Shown here piece by piece: positions 27,553 to 35,940 of a stretch of DNA of 50,461 nt. The stretch is taken from positions 1-50,461 of the forward strand of contig DATCVD010000807.1 in the NCBI GenBank assembly GCA_036567125.1. The letters run 5' to 3'. The notes beneath the pieces are model-generated. The model saw only the letters and a program-made list of their open reading frames with translations, was not told where the DNA came from and ran no database searches. Position 1 is the first letter of the stretch. Each line of letters begins with the position of its first letter. The stretch comes from Pyrinomonadaceae bacterium. GTDB taxonomy: Bacteria > Acidobacteriota > Blastocatellia > Pyrinomonadales > Pyrinomonadaceae. Both the position numbers and the translations under genes were made by a program.

Positions 27553-28218
27553 ATGAATAAGCAGGAAGTCTTAAAGCGCATCAGTGAGGTCGGCGTGGTG
27601 CCAGTCGTGCGCGCGTCCTCGCCGGAAGAGGCGATGCAGGTCGTCGACGCGATCAAGGAGGGCGGTGTGCCCGTCCTCGAAATCACGATGACGGTGCCAC
27701 GAGCCGTGAGGGTGATCGAGCAGTTGGCGCACCGTTACGGCTCCGAGGTCATCATCGGCGCGGGGACGGTGCTCGACCCCGAGACTGCGCGCGCGTGCAT
27801 CCTCGCCGGGGCCGCCTTCGTCGTCAGCCCCGCGCTCAACACGGCGACGATCGAGTTGTGCCGGCGCTACTCGGTCGCTTGTATGCCCGGCGCGCTCACC
27901 CCGACCGAGGTGGTGACGGCGTGGCAGGCCGGCGCGGACGTGGTCAAGGTCTTCCCCTGCGGGGCGCTCGGCGGCGCGAAGTACCTGAAGTCCTTGAAGG
28001 CCCCGCTGCCGCAGATCGAGATGATCCCGACCGGCGGCGTCTCGCTCCAGACCGCGGCCGAGTTCATCGAGGCCGGGGCACTCGCGCTCGGCGTCGGGGC
28101 AGACCTCGTGGACACGAAGGCCATCCGCGCGGGCAAAGCGCGGAAGGTGACGGAGGCTGCACGGGCCTACGTCGCCGCCGTGAGAGCCGCCCGTGGCGGC
28201 GGCCCGCAGCAGATGTGA
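27553..28218 (+). CDS. eda: KDPG / KHG aldolase
   Basis: VVPVVRASSPEEAMQVVDAIKEGGVPVLEITMT, GAGTVL, FVVSP, PGALTPTE, VKVFP and IPTGGV match Eda. Start at the ATG at 27553 with GGGAG 6 nt upstream. Confidence 0.9.
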   Translation: MNKQEVLKRISEVGVVPVVRASSPEEAMQVVDAIKEGGVPVLEITMTVPRAVRVIEQLAHRYGSEVIIGAGTVLDPETARACILAGAAFVVSPALNTATIELCRRYSVACMPGALTPTEVVTAWQAGADVVKVFPCGALGGAKYLKSLKAPLPQIEMIPTGGVSLQTAAEFIEAGALALGVGADLVDTKAIRAGKARKVTEAARAYVAAVRAARGGGPQQM

Positions 28219-28315
28219 TCGGGTTTCAGACTGGGGAAGGTCTTTGACAACTCCGCGGCCGTGGTTCCGGTTTAGAACAAGGACTGTCTGTGACCCGGAA
28301 ACCGGCGGCTGGAAC

Positions 28316-29083
28316 TTACCGCCCGTTGCCGTTCGCGCCGTCGCGCGCGGCGTCTTCGGCCGCCTCCTGCTCCTGCGCCCTCTGCGCGCGCACGAGGTGT
28401 TCGCGCATGGCGGCGCGCGCCGCCTCAGGGTCGTGCTCGCGGATGGCGCGGTAGATGTGGCGGTGCATCTCGGCCGACTCCTTCAGGTCGCGTGCGCGCT
28501 TGACGGTCTTGCTCCGCACGTCGAAGAGGATGGTCGCCACCATGTTCATCAGGGAAGTCAGGATGCGGTTGCCGGAGGCCGCGGCCACCGTCTGGTGGAA
28601 GCGCATGTCGTGGACGAGGAACTGTTCGGGGTCGTCGAGTGAGGTGAACATGCCCGTGATCTCCTCGGACATCGTCGCCATCTGGTCGCCGGTGGCCCGC
28701 TCGGCTGCGAGCCCCGCGACGGCCATCTCAAGCGACTGCCGTGCCTCGAACATCTCGGCCGACGTGAAGCCGTGCAGCGAGGCCATCAGGCGCAGCGGGC
28801 TGCTGTCGAGCGCCGGCGGCCCGTCCGACTTGACGACAAACGTGCCCGCGCCCTGACGCGATTGCAACACGCCGACGGCCGCCAGCGAGCGGATGCCGGC
28901 ACGCAGCGTCGGTCGGCTGACGCCGAGCATCTTGGCGAGGTCGCGCTCCGGAGGCAGCCGGTCGCCGGGGCGCAGTTCGCCGCGGTGAATCATTTCCCGG
29001 AGTTGCGAGACCACTTCCTCCGAAGTTGTCCCGCGCCGCTCCGCGTCGATGGTTTTGAAGATGTCGGTATTAAGGGCGGTCAT
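28316..29083 (-). CDS. GntR-family (FadR subfamily, FCD domain) transcriptional regulator; likely hexuronate/pectin repressor
   Basis: VVSQLREMIHRGELRPGDRLPPERDLAKMLGVSRPTLRAGIRSLAAVGVLQSRQGAGTFV is the GntR winged HTH. An all-helical FCD-like C-terminus follows. Confidence 0.88.
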   Translation of the reverse strand: MTALNTDIFKTIDAERRGTTSEEVVSQLREMIHRGELRPGDRLPPERDLAKMLGVSRPTLRAGIRSLAAVGVLQSRQGAGTFVVKSDGPPALDSSPLRLMASLHGFTSAEMFEARQSLEMAVAGLAAERATGDQMATMSEEITGMFTSLDDPEQFLVHDMRFHQTVAAASGNRILTSLMNMVATILFDVRSKTVKRARDLKESAEMHRHIYRAIREHDPEAARAAMREHLVRAQRAQEQEAAEDAARDGANGNGR

Positions 29084-29235
29084 ACCATTGAGTGCGCCAG
29101 AATATCTTTTTGACCAGATGCCGAGGGGCAGATGACATCGGCCTTCTTGGTGATCGCAATCTGCCCCGTTGAAGTCGCAGTTTAACCGTTTCGTTGTACG
29201 ATGTCGAACATTTTATTCAAAGCCTTTGACCCTAG

Positions 29236-29310
29236 AGGTCAGACCAATTGTAAGAGTGCAGAAACCGGGCCGGAAATTGTTCACAATCCGGCTTCGTAAA
29301 TTGGTTAGCC
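29236..29310. promoter_or_regulatory. Candidate GntR-type operator sites in the divergent gntR / GH105 promoter region
   Basis: AGGTCAGACCAATT (29236-29249), preceded by TGACC-CTAGA-GGTCA, and AAATTGGTTAGCC (29298-29310). Confidence 0.4.
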
Positions 29311-29413
29311 GGGCTGACTTCCGCAGCTTGGGGAACGCCGCTTCAAGAGTCGGCCCGGCACGGCGGACATCGCGGGTAATTTCAGGTATCAGCGTATTGA
29401 GGGAGGGAGCCTC

Positions 29414-31327
29414 GTGAAGACCCTATTTTGCTTAATCCTTTTTGCCATTCTGTCGTCGGCCGCGCCGGCCACGGGGCAGACCCGGCCGCTCTCCGAGCGC
29501 GCGGCCGCCACGGCCATGAACAGCCTCTGGCGCGACCCGGCGAAGAAGGAGGCGGGACTGCCCGCGAAGTGGACTTACGAACTCGGCGTCGTGCTCAAGG
29601 GCGCCGAGGGCGTCTGGTACTCGACGGGCGACGGCCGTTACTTCAAGTACGTCCGCGACAGCATCGATCACTTCGTGGACAAGGACGGCTCGATCCGCAC
29701 CTACAAGCTCGAAGACTACAACATCGACAACATCCTACTGGGGCGCAACCTGCTGACGCTCTACAAGGTGACGGGTCAGGAGAAGTACCGCAAGGCCGCC
29801 GCGCAGTTGCGCGAGCAGCTCAAAGCGCACCCGCGCACGCGGGAGGGCGGCTTCTGGCACAAGAAGATCTACCCGCACCAGATGTGGCTCGACGGCCTCT
29901 ACATGGGCGAGCCGTTTTACGCCGAGTACGCCGTGACCTTCGGCGAGCCCGAAGCCTTCGACGACATCGCCCGCCAGTTCGTCCTCATGGAGAAGCATTC
30001 GCGCGACGCGAAAACCGGCCTGCTATACCACGGCTGGGATGAGTCGCGCGAACAGCGCTGGGCGGACAAACAGACGGGCCGCTCGCCGCACGTCTGGGGG
30101 CGCGCGATGGGCTGGTACGCGATGGCGCTCGTGGACACGCTCGAACACTTCCCCGCCGAGCACCCGCGGCGCGGTGAACTTGTAGCGATCCTGAACCGGC
30201 TGGCGGCGGCGGTTGCGAAGTACCAGGAGCCGAAGTCCGGTCTGTGGTATCAGGTCGTTGACCGCGGCGGCCACAAGGGCAACTACCTCGAAGCGTCGGC
30301 CTCGGCCATGTTCGTCTACGCGCTGTCGAAGGGCGTCCGCCAAAATTACCTGCCGGCCTCTTACACGAAGGTCGCGGAGAAGGCTTACGCCGGCATCGTC
30401 AAAGAATTCGTCAAGCCGGTCTCGGACGCGCAGGTCAACTTCGAAGGGACGGTGAGCGTGGCGGGCCTCGGCGGCAACCCTTACCGCGACGGCAGCTACG
30501 AGTACTACCTGAGCGAGCGCGTCGTCACCAACGATCCGAAAGGCACGGGGGCCTTCATCAAGGCGAGCGTCGAGATGGAACGGGCCGCGCGGCCCAAGCC
30601 CGGACGCGGCAAACGGGTCGCCCTCGACTACTACTTCAACAGCGAGATGAGGAAGGACGCCGCCGGGCGTCTCGCCCACTGGCACTACACCTGGGACGAA
30701 CTCTCGAACCCCGGCTTCTCGCTCTGGGGCCACCTCTTCCGCAACTACGGCGCGCGCACCGTCGCCCTGAAGGACGCGCCCACGGCGGCGAACCTCAAGA
30801 GCGCGGACGTTTACATCATCGTCGATCCCGACACCGAGAAAGAGACGGAGCGGCCGAACTTCATCGGCCCCGCCCACGTCGCCGCGATCAACGACTGGGT
30901 GCGCGCGGGCGGCGTCCTCGTCCTGATGGGCAACGACGCGGGCAACGCCGAGTTCGAGCACTTCAACCGCTTGGCCGGGCAGTTCGGCATCCGCTTCAAC
31001 GAAGACAGGCGGAACCTCGTGCCGAACGACGACTTCGCCATGGGGCGCATCGTCGCGCCCGAAGGCCACCCGATCTTCAAGACGGCGCGCAACCTCTACC
31101 TCAAAGAGATCTCCACGCTGGGCGTGAGCGCGCCCGCGCGGGCCGCGGTCACGGACAAAGGCGACACGGTGATGGCCGTAGCCCGTGTCGGCCGCGGCAC
31201 GGTTTTCGCCGTCGGCGACCCGTGGCTCTACAACGAGTACGTTGACGGCCGGAAACTGCCCGCCGAGTTCGACAATTACGAGGCCGCCAGCGATCTCGCG
31301 CTGTGGCTGCTGCAGCAGGCGAAGTGA
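29414..31327 (+). CDS. Unsaturated rhamnogalacturonyl hydrolase (GH105) fused to a C-terminal DUF4350-like domain
   Basis: GTG start after GAGGGAGGGAG; signal peptide. The GH105/YteR-like part includes HKKIYPHQMWLDGLYMGEPFYAEYA and WGRAMGWYAMALVD. The C-terminal ~250 aa (from about 30590) has ..ADVYIIVDPD.., GGVLVLMGND, GTVFAVGDPW, resembling DUF4350 / class-I amidotransferase-like folds. Confidence 0.8.
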   Translation: MKTLFCLILFAILSSAAPATGQTRPLSERAAATAMNSLWRDPAKKEAGLPAKWTYELGVVLKGAEGVWYSTGDGRYFKYVRDSIDHFVDKDGSIRTYKLEDYNIDNILLGRNLLTLYKVTGQEKYRKAAAQLREQLKAHPRTREGGFWHKKIYPHQMWLDGLYMGEPFYAEYAVTFGEPEAFDDIARQFVLMEKHSRDAKTGLLYHGWDESREQRWADKQTGRSPHVWGRAMGWYAMALVDTLEHFPAEHPRRGELVAILNRLAAAVAKYQEPKSGLWYQVVDRGGHKGNYLEASASAMFVYALSKGVRQNYLPASYTKVAEKAYAGIVKEFVKPVSDAQVNFEGTVSVAGLGGNPYRDGSYEYYLSERVVTNDPKGTGAFIKASVEMERAARPKPGRGKRVALDYYFNSEMRKDAAGRLAHWHYTWDELSNPGFSLWGHLFRNYGARTVALKDAPTAANLKSADVYIIVDPDTEKETERPNFIGPAHVAAINDWVRAGGVLVLMGNDAGNAEFEHFNRLAGQFGIRFNEDRRNLVPNDDFAMGRIVAPEGHPIFKTARNLYLKEISTLGVSAPARAAVTDKGDTVMAVARVGRGTVFAVGDPWLYNEYVDGRKLPAEFDNYEAASDLALWLLQQAK

Positions 31328-31329
31328 AT

Positions 31330-31447
31330 GAAGCCGTTAGCTGTTAGCTGAAAAAAAGCGATCAAAGACGTTCGCCTTATGAAGGCGACGCCGATCACGG
31401 GGGATGCCGTGAGCTAACAGCTAATAGTTAACGCCAACAGCTAACGG
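31330..31447. repeat. Heptamer-hairpin intergenic repeat, copy 4
   Basis: Left arm GAAGCCGTTAGCTGTTAGCTG (31330-31350); right arm GAGCTAACAGCTAATAGTTAACGCCAACAGCTAACGG (31411-31447). There are 12-13 bp perfect pairings in two alternative registers. An inner hairpin lies around 31368-31391. Confidence 0.85.
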
Positions 31448-31461
31448 GGACGAATGGCGAG

Positions 31462-32025
31462 ATGTTGAAACTCAACCAAGTCTTGGGGGTGCTGGCCTGC
31501 GTGTGCGGGCTGACGGTTGCTTCTGTCGCGCAGTCGCAGGGCGCTACGCGGCGCGGGCCGTCGGAGCCTGCGCGACCGTTCGTAGTCATGACTGCCCAGT
31601 CGCTCGCGGAGTTTGAGCGGCAGGTGCGCGGCGGGGGCAAGGCCGACGACCTGCACGGCGGCGCGGGGACGCAACTGCGCGTCGCGGTTGTGCACGAGCG
31701 GGACAGGCCGGCGGCCGTGGCGGAAATACACGACGCGTCGGACGACGTTTACTACGTGCTCGAAGGGGCGGCCACTTTGACGCTCGGCGGCAGGCTCGAA
31801 GCGCCGCGCGAGACGGAGCCGGGCGAGTGGCGCGGGCCGAGCATCAGCGGCGGGCGCACGGTCGAGATCAGAAAGGGCGATCTGGTCGTCGTGCCGCGCG
31901 GCACGCCGCACTCGCGCAGCACCGCGGGCCGTGAGTTTTCGATGCTCCTCGTCAAGGTGTGGGCCGCGCCGCAGCCTGCCGCGCCGCCCGCACCTGCTCA
32001 GACGAATAAAGAACGGAAACCCTGA
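31462..32025 (+). CDS. Secreted cupin-domain protein
   Basis: Signal peptide, then EIHDASDDVYYVLEGAATLTLGG ... GDLVVVPRGTPH, a typical cupin_2 two-motif pattern. Confidence 0.6.
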   Translation: MLKLNQVLGVLACVCGLTVASVAQSQGATRRGPSEPARPFVVMTAQSLAEFERQVRGGGKADDLHGGAGTQLRVAVVHERDRPAAVAEIHDASDDVYYVLEGAATLTLGGRLEAPRETEPGEWRGPSISGGRTVEIRKGDLVVVPRGTPHSRSTAGREFSMLLVKVWAAPQPAAPPAPAQTNKERKP

Positions 32026-32046
32026 AACTGCTGACGAGACGTGACG

Positions 32047-32082
32047 AAGGGCGCGGCCATTTCAAACGGCCGCGCCCTTTTT
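32047..32082 (+). terminator. Rho-independent terminator after the cupin gene (between convergent genes)
   Basis: 12-bp stem AAGGGCGCGGCC (32047-32058) / GGCCGCGCCCTT (32068-32079), followed by TTT. Confidence 0.7.
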
Positions 32083-32172
32083 GCGTCCCGGCGAAAAGCA
32101 AACGACGACGCGCGGCCCGCGTGCCGCCCGCGCACGGCCCGAGCGCGCGGCGTGATTGACTCGCCGCCCGCG

Positions 32173-33498
32173 CTAGAGCCGGGCGAGTTCCGCGATCTTG
32201 ATCGGCCGCTTCTGTTCGACGCTCTTGCGGGCCGCGACGCCCGTCAAAACGGACATCGCGCCGGCGCGCGAGTCAGGTAGGCGCATGTGCTCGGGCACGG
32301 GCGCGTTGCGGAAGATGACCTCGCGGAGTCGGTCGTCGCCGCCCGCGTGCCCGCCTTTGATGTGCGGCATGTCGATCTTCTCGCGCTTGCCGGTGAAGTT
32401 CCTGATGAGGTAGGTCTCGGAGTCATCCTCGACCAGCCAGGGCTGGCGCTCGTAGTCGCGTATTTCGAGGCGGCCCTTCGTGCCGTTGAAGGCCAGCCGG
32501 TAGCCCTCCATCGGCATCGAGGCGTTCAAAGAGTAGTTCATCTGAACGCCGTTGGAGTATTTCACGACGGCAGACATCGTGTCGTAGATATCCACGTCCT
32601 CGCGGAAGACGCAGCCGTCGCGGTGGTAGCCGTCAACGTCCTCCGCGCGCGCGTAGAGCTTCATCAGCCGCTCGTTGCGCGTGATGTCGAAGTAGAAGGG
32701 GCACTTCGCCTTGTGCGGGCAGGGGCGGCAGTGGGTGTGGCGGAACGGGCCGGCCTTGCCGTAGACGTTCAGCTGGCCGTAGGCCATCACCTCGACGGGG
32801 TCGGCCGCGAGCCACCAGTTCATCAGGTCGAAGTGGTGCGTCGCCTTGTGCACCCAGAGGCTCCCGCCGCGCGACTTCAGGCGGTGCCAGCGGCGGAAGT
32901 AGTCCGCGCCGTGCGTGGTGTCCAGATACCACTGGAAATCGACCGACGTGACGGGGCCGATCTCGCCCGCGGCCAGAATCTCTTTGATCTTCTGGTGCTT
33001 GGGCGCGTAGCGGTAGTTGAAGGCGACGACGATCTTGCGGTCGTTGCGCCGCTCGGCGTCGAGAACTGCTTTGACCTGCCGCTCGTCCGTGACCATCGGC
33101 TTCTCGGTGATCACGTCGATTCCGCGGTCGAGCGCGCGCGTGATCTGCTCGACGTGAGTCGAGTCAACGGTCGTGACCATGAGCAGTTCCGGCTTGGCCC
33201 TGTCCAACATCTCGTCGAAACTGGCGAAGGCCGGGCATTGGACGCCGATGAGTTCGCGCCCCGCCGCCAGGCGCTTGGGGTTTGTGTCGCAGAGGCCGAC
33301 GAACTCCAGCACGTCGCTGTAGCGCTTCGCCAGATCGGCCCCCCACATGCCCGTCCCACGGTGGCCCGTGCCGACCATCGCGTAGCGGCGGCGGCGCGGC
33401 GCGGCGCGCAGCGAACCGGGCAGCGCGAGCGAAGCGACGGCGGCCGCGCCGGCCGTCTTCACAAATTCCCGGCGGCGCAAAAGATTCGAGTCAGACAT
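32173..33498 (-). CDS. TAT-exported Gfo/Idh/MocA-family oxidoreductase
   Basis: Twin-arginine signal LLRRREFVKTAGAAAVASLAL. Rossmann motif YAMVGTGHRG. Core TTVDSTHVEQI..DVITEKPM. Cys cluster HCRPCPHKAKC. Confidence 0.8.
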   Translation of the reverse strand: MSDSNLLRRREFVKTAGAAAVASLALPGSLRAAPRRRRYAMVGTGHRGTGMWGADLAKRYSDVLEFVGLCDTNPKRLAAGRELIGVQCPAFASFDEMLDRAKPELLMVTTVDSTHVEQITRALDRGIDVITEKPMVTDERQVKAVLDAERRNDRKIVVAFNYRYAPKHQKIKEILAAGEIGPVTSVDFQWYLDTTHGADYFRRWHRLKSRGGSLWVHKATHHFDLMNWWLAADPVEVMAYGQLNVYGKAGPFRHTHCRPCPHKAKCPFYFDITRNERLMKLYARAEDVDGYHRDGCVFREDVDIYDTMSAVVKYSNGVQMNYSLNASMPMEGYRLAFNGTKGRLEIRDYERQPWLVEDDSETYLIRNFTGKREKIDMPHIKGGHAGGDDRLREVIFRNAPVPEHMRLPDSRAGAMSVLTGVAARKSVEQKRPIKIAELARL

Positions 33499-33565
33499 AG
33501 TTCGTACTTTGAAGTTTTAGATCAATCGACTGGTGGCGGCGCGCAGCGAAAGCGATCAGCACCGC

Positions 33566-33602
33566 GATGATTGTAGGGACGAGCCCTGCCCCTACAATCA
33601 TC
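33566..33602 (-). other. 13-bp perfect hairpin overlapping the CE12 stop codon
   Basis: GATGATTGTAGGG (33566-33578) / CCCTACAATCATC (33590-33602). No U-tract. Sits between the CE12 and Gfo genes of the same operon. Confidence 0.35.
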
Positions 33603-34380
33603 GGCGCGTAGTCGCACCCGCGACCGCGTTCGTTTTGGCGATCTTCTTCAGGAACTTCGACAGGCCGAGCTTCTGTTCGCGGAGGCCCTCGACGGCGAGC
33701 GAGGCCATGAGTTCGGCCCCGCGCGGGGAGAAGTGCGTGTTGTCGTTGACGCCCTGCGGGTAGTTGGTGTGCTCGCCCGCGGCGAGTTGCAGGAAGAGCT
33801 TCTTCGAGTCCTCAACGCCAAAGCTAACGAGCGTCTGCCAACTCCTGCGGTGCATGTCTACGAGGGCGACTCTCTGCTCGGCGGCGGCGCGGCGCACGAT
33901 GTCGGGGTACTCGCCGTGCGAGTCCAGCACAGTGCCGTCCTTGTCGAAGCGGCGGCGCATGACGGGCGTCATCAGTACGGGCGTCGCGCGCTTCGCGCGC
34001 ACCTCCCCGACGAAGCGGACGAGGTTGGCGCGGTAGTCTTCGGGCGGCGTGTAGCGATCCGCCTTCTCCTTCGAGGAGTCGTTGTGGCCGAACTGGATAA
34101 GGACGTAGTCGCCGGGCTTGAGCTTATCGACGATTGTTTGCCAGCGCCCTTCGGTGATGAAGGTGCGCGTGCTGCGGCCGTTCTGCGCGTGGTTGTCGAC
34201 GCGGACGCGCCGCTCGTCGAAGTGTTTTTGGAGGAACTCGCCCCAGCCCGTCTCGGGCCGCTTCTCCGGGCGCTTCGCGGCCATCGTCGAGTCGCCGGCG
34301 AGGTAGACCGTGATCGGGTCTTTCGCAAACGCGAAGGTGCAGAGCACGAGGAGCAGGACTAGTGCAGCGGTAATTCTCAT
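33598..34380 (-). CDS. Rhamnogalacturonan acetylesterase (SGNH/GDSL hydrolase, CE12)
   Basis: Block I YLAGDSTM, block II NHAQNGRST, block III QFGHND, block V DNTHFS. Signal peptide present. Confidence 0.85.
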   Translation of the reverse strand: MRITAALVLLLVLCTFAFAKDPITVYLAGDSTMAAKRPEKRPETGWGEFLQKHFDERRVRVDNHAQNGRSTRTFITEGRWQTIVDKLKPGDYVLIQFGHNDSSKEKADRYTPPEDYRANLVRFVGEVRAKRATPVLMTPVMRRRFDKDGTVLDSHGEYPDIVRRAAAEQRVALVDMHRRSWQTLVSFGVEDSKKLFLQLAAGEHTNYPQGVNDNTHFSPRGAELMASLAVEGLREQKLGLSKFLKKIAKTNAVAGATTRR

Positions 34381-34388
34381 GGTTCGTT

Positions 34389-35837
34389 TCAGGCCAAGCC
34401 TTCGATGATCTTGCCGTTGACGCGTACGTTTTCGAGCGCCGTCTCCCGGAGGTTCGCGACGACGCTGCCGCGCTCGACGTTCTCGAAGGTGCAGTCCTTG
34501 AGGCGCAGCCCGTACACGGGCGCGGTCTCGAAGCCCTGCACGTCGAGCGCGAATCGGCTTCGGCCGCTCTTCAGATTTTCGACGACGAAGTTGCGCACGA
34601 CCGGCGTGAACTTGCCACGCGCGCCCTCCTCGTAGTTGAAGTCGATAGTGATGACGGCGTGCGCGACCTGCCCGACCGTGATGTCGCGGAAGTAGAGGTT
34701 TTCCAACAAGCCGCCGCGCACGCGGTTGTTCTTGACGCGCAGGGCGTGGTCGAGGTTCGGGCTATCCAGCCGGCAACTCTCGGCGAAGAGGTTGCGCACC
34801 CCGCCCGAAATCTCGCTCCCGACGGTGATGCCGCCGTGGCCGTCCTTCATGGTGCAGTTGCGGATGACGACGTTCTCTGTCGGAACATTGAGCCTGCGCC
34901 CGTCGGCGTTGCGGCCGGACTTAACGGCGATGCAGTCGTCGCCCGTGTCGAAGTAGCAGTCCTCGATGAGCACGTCCTTGCAGGATTCGGGATCGCAGCC
35001 GTCGTTGTTCGGCCCGTGCGTGCTGATCCGGACGCCGCGCACGGTGACGTTCGTGCACAGCACCGGGTGAATCTCCCACATCGGCGAGTTCTTGATCGTG
35101 ACGCCTTCGATGAGGACGTTTGTGCAGCGGTAGGGCTGGATGAACTGCGGCCGCAGGTAGTGGCCCTCGCCGAAGACTCTCTGCGAAACGGGTGTGCCAC
35201 GCTCGGTCATCTCTTCGAGCGACTTGCGCGCTTTCTTCTGATCGGGATCGCCCTTCTTCCATCCGTAACGCTCCTGCCCCTTCCACGGCCACCAGTGCGC
35301 GTTGTCGCCCTGCCCGTCGAGCGTGCCCTTCCCCGTGACGGCGACGTTCCGCTGCCCGAAGGCGTAGATGAGCGGCGAGTAGTTCATCAACTCCATGCCT
35401 TCCCAGCGCGAGAAGACGAGCGGCAGGTAGGCTTTCGGGTCTTGGCTGAACTTGAGCGTCGCGCCCTCGGAGACGTGGAGGTTGACGTTGCTCTTTAGAT
35501 GAATCGCGCCGGTGTTGAACGCGCCGGCCGGGATGAGGACACGGCCCCCGCCCGACTTGTGGCAGGCTTCGACGGCTTTGCGGATCGCCTCCGTGCTGTC
35601 GGCCTTGCCGTCGGCCGCGGCCCCGTACTTCGTGATTACGAAGTCGCGCTTCGGGAAGACGGGCGGCTTGATCCTTTTCAGAATCTGCGGCACCTGCGCC
35701 CACGCGCCCGACTCGTCCGGCCGCGGCAGGGCGAGCACGCCCGCGAAGGCGTCAGAGCCGAAAGGCAGCGCGGGCGTGACCAGAGTAGCGGCCCCGCCCA
35801 CGATCATGTGTTTTAGGAACTCGCGTCGGTCGCTCAT
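34389..35837 (-). CDS. GH28 polygalacturonase (exo-type), TAT signal
   Basis: RREFLKHMIVGGAA twin-arginine leader. GH28 motifs: GPNNDGCDPE, GDDCIAVKSG, DGHGGITVGSE, ALRVKN. Confidence 0.9.
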   Translation of the reverse strand: MSDRREFLKHMIVGGAATLVTPALPFGSDAFAGVLALPRPDESGAWAQVPQILKRIKPPVFPKRDFVITKYGAAADGKADSTEAIRKAVEACHKSGGGRVLIPAGAFNTGAIHLKSNVNLHVSEGATLKFSQDPKAYLPLVFSRWEGMELMNYSPLIYAFGQRNVAVTGKGTLDGQGDNAHWWPWKGQERYGWKKGDPDQKKARKSLEEMTERGTPVSQRVFGEGHYLRPQFIQPYRCTNVLIEGVTIKNSPMWEIHPVLCTNVTVRGVRISTHGPNNDGCDPESCKDVLIEDCYFDTGDDCIAVKSGRNADGRRLNVPTENVVIRNCTMKDGHGGITVGSEISGGVRNLFAESCRLDSPNLDHALRVKNNRVRGGLLENLYFRDITVGQVAHAVITIDFNYEEGARGKFTPVVRNFVVENLKSGRSRFALDVQGFETAPVYGLRLKDCTFENVERGSVVANLRETALENVRVNGKIIEGLA

Positions 35838-35940
35838 CTTTGCTTCCTAAACTCCTTGACGAAAACAGCGGTGAATGACAGGAAGTAGCAGGAGGCGGGT
35901 GACGTGCCGGAACTTGACTTCACCCGTCATCCATCGCCTG

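Noticed and set aside
28262-28312. A possible bidirectional terminator between the convergent eda and gntR genes.
   Set aside because: Only a 7-bp stem (CCGGTTT / AAACCGG) with a loop of about 25 nt and no U-tract. This is too weak to call.
15771-31447. Whether the GTTAGCT heptamer arrays could be CRISPR arrays or coding tandem repeats.
   Set aside because: The unit is only 7 nt with no spacers. The arrays occur as inverted pairs forming hairpins and carry stop codons in all frames. No cas genes are present.
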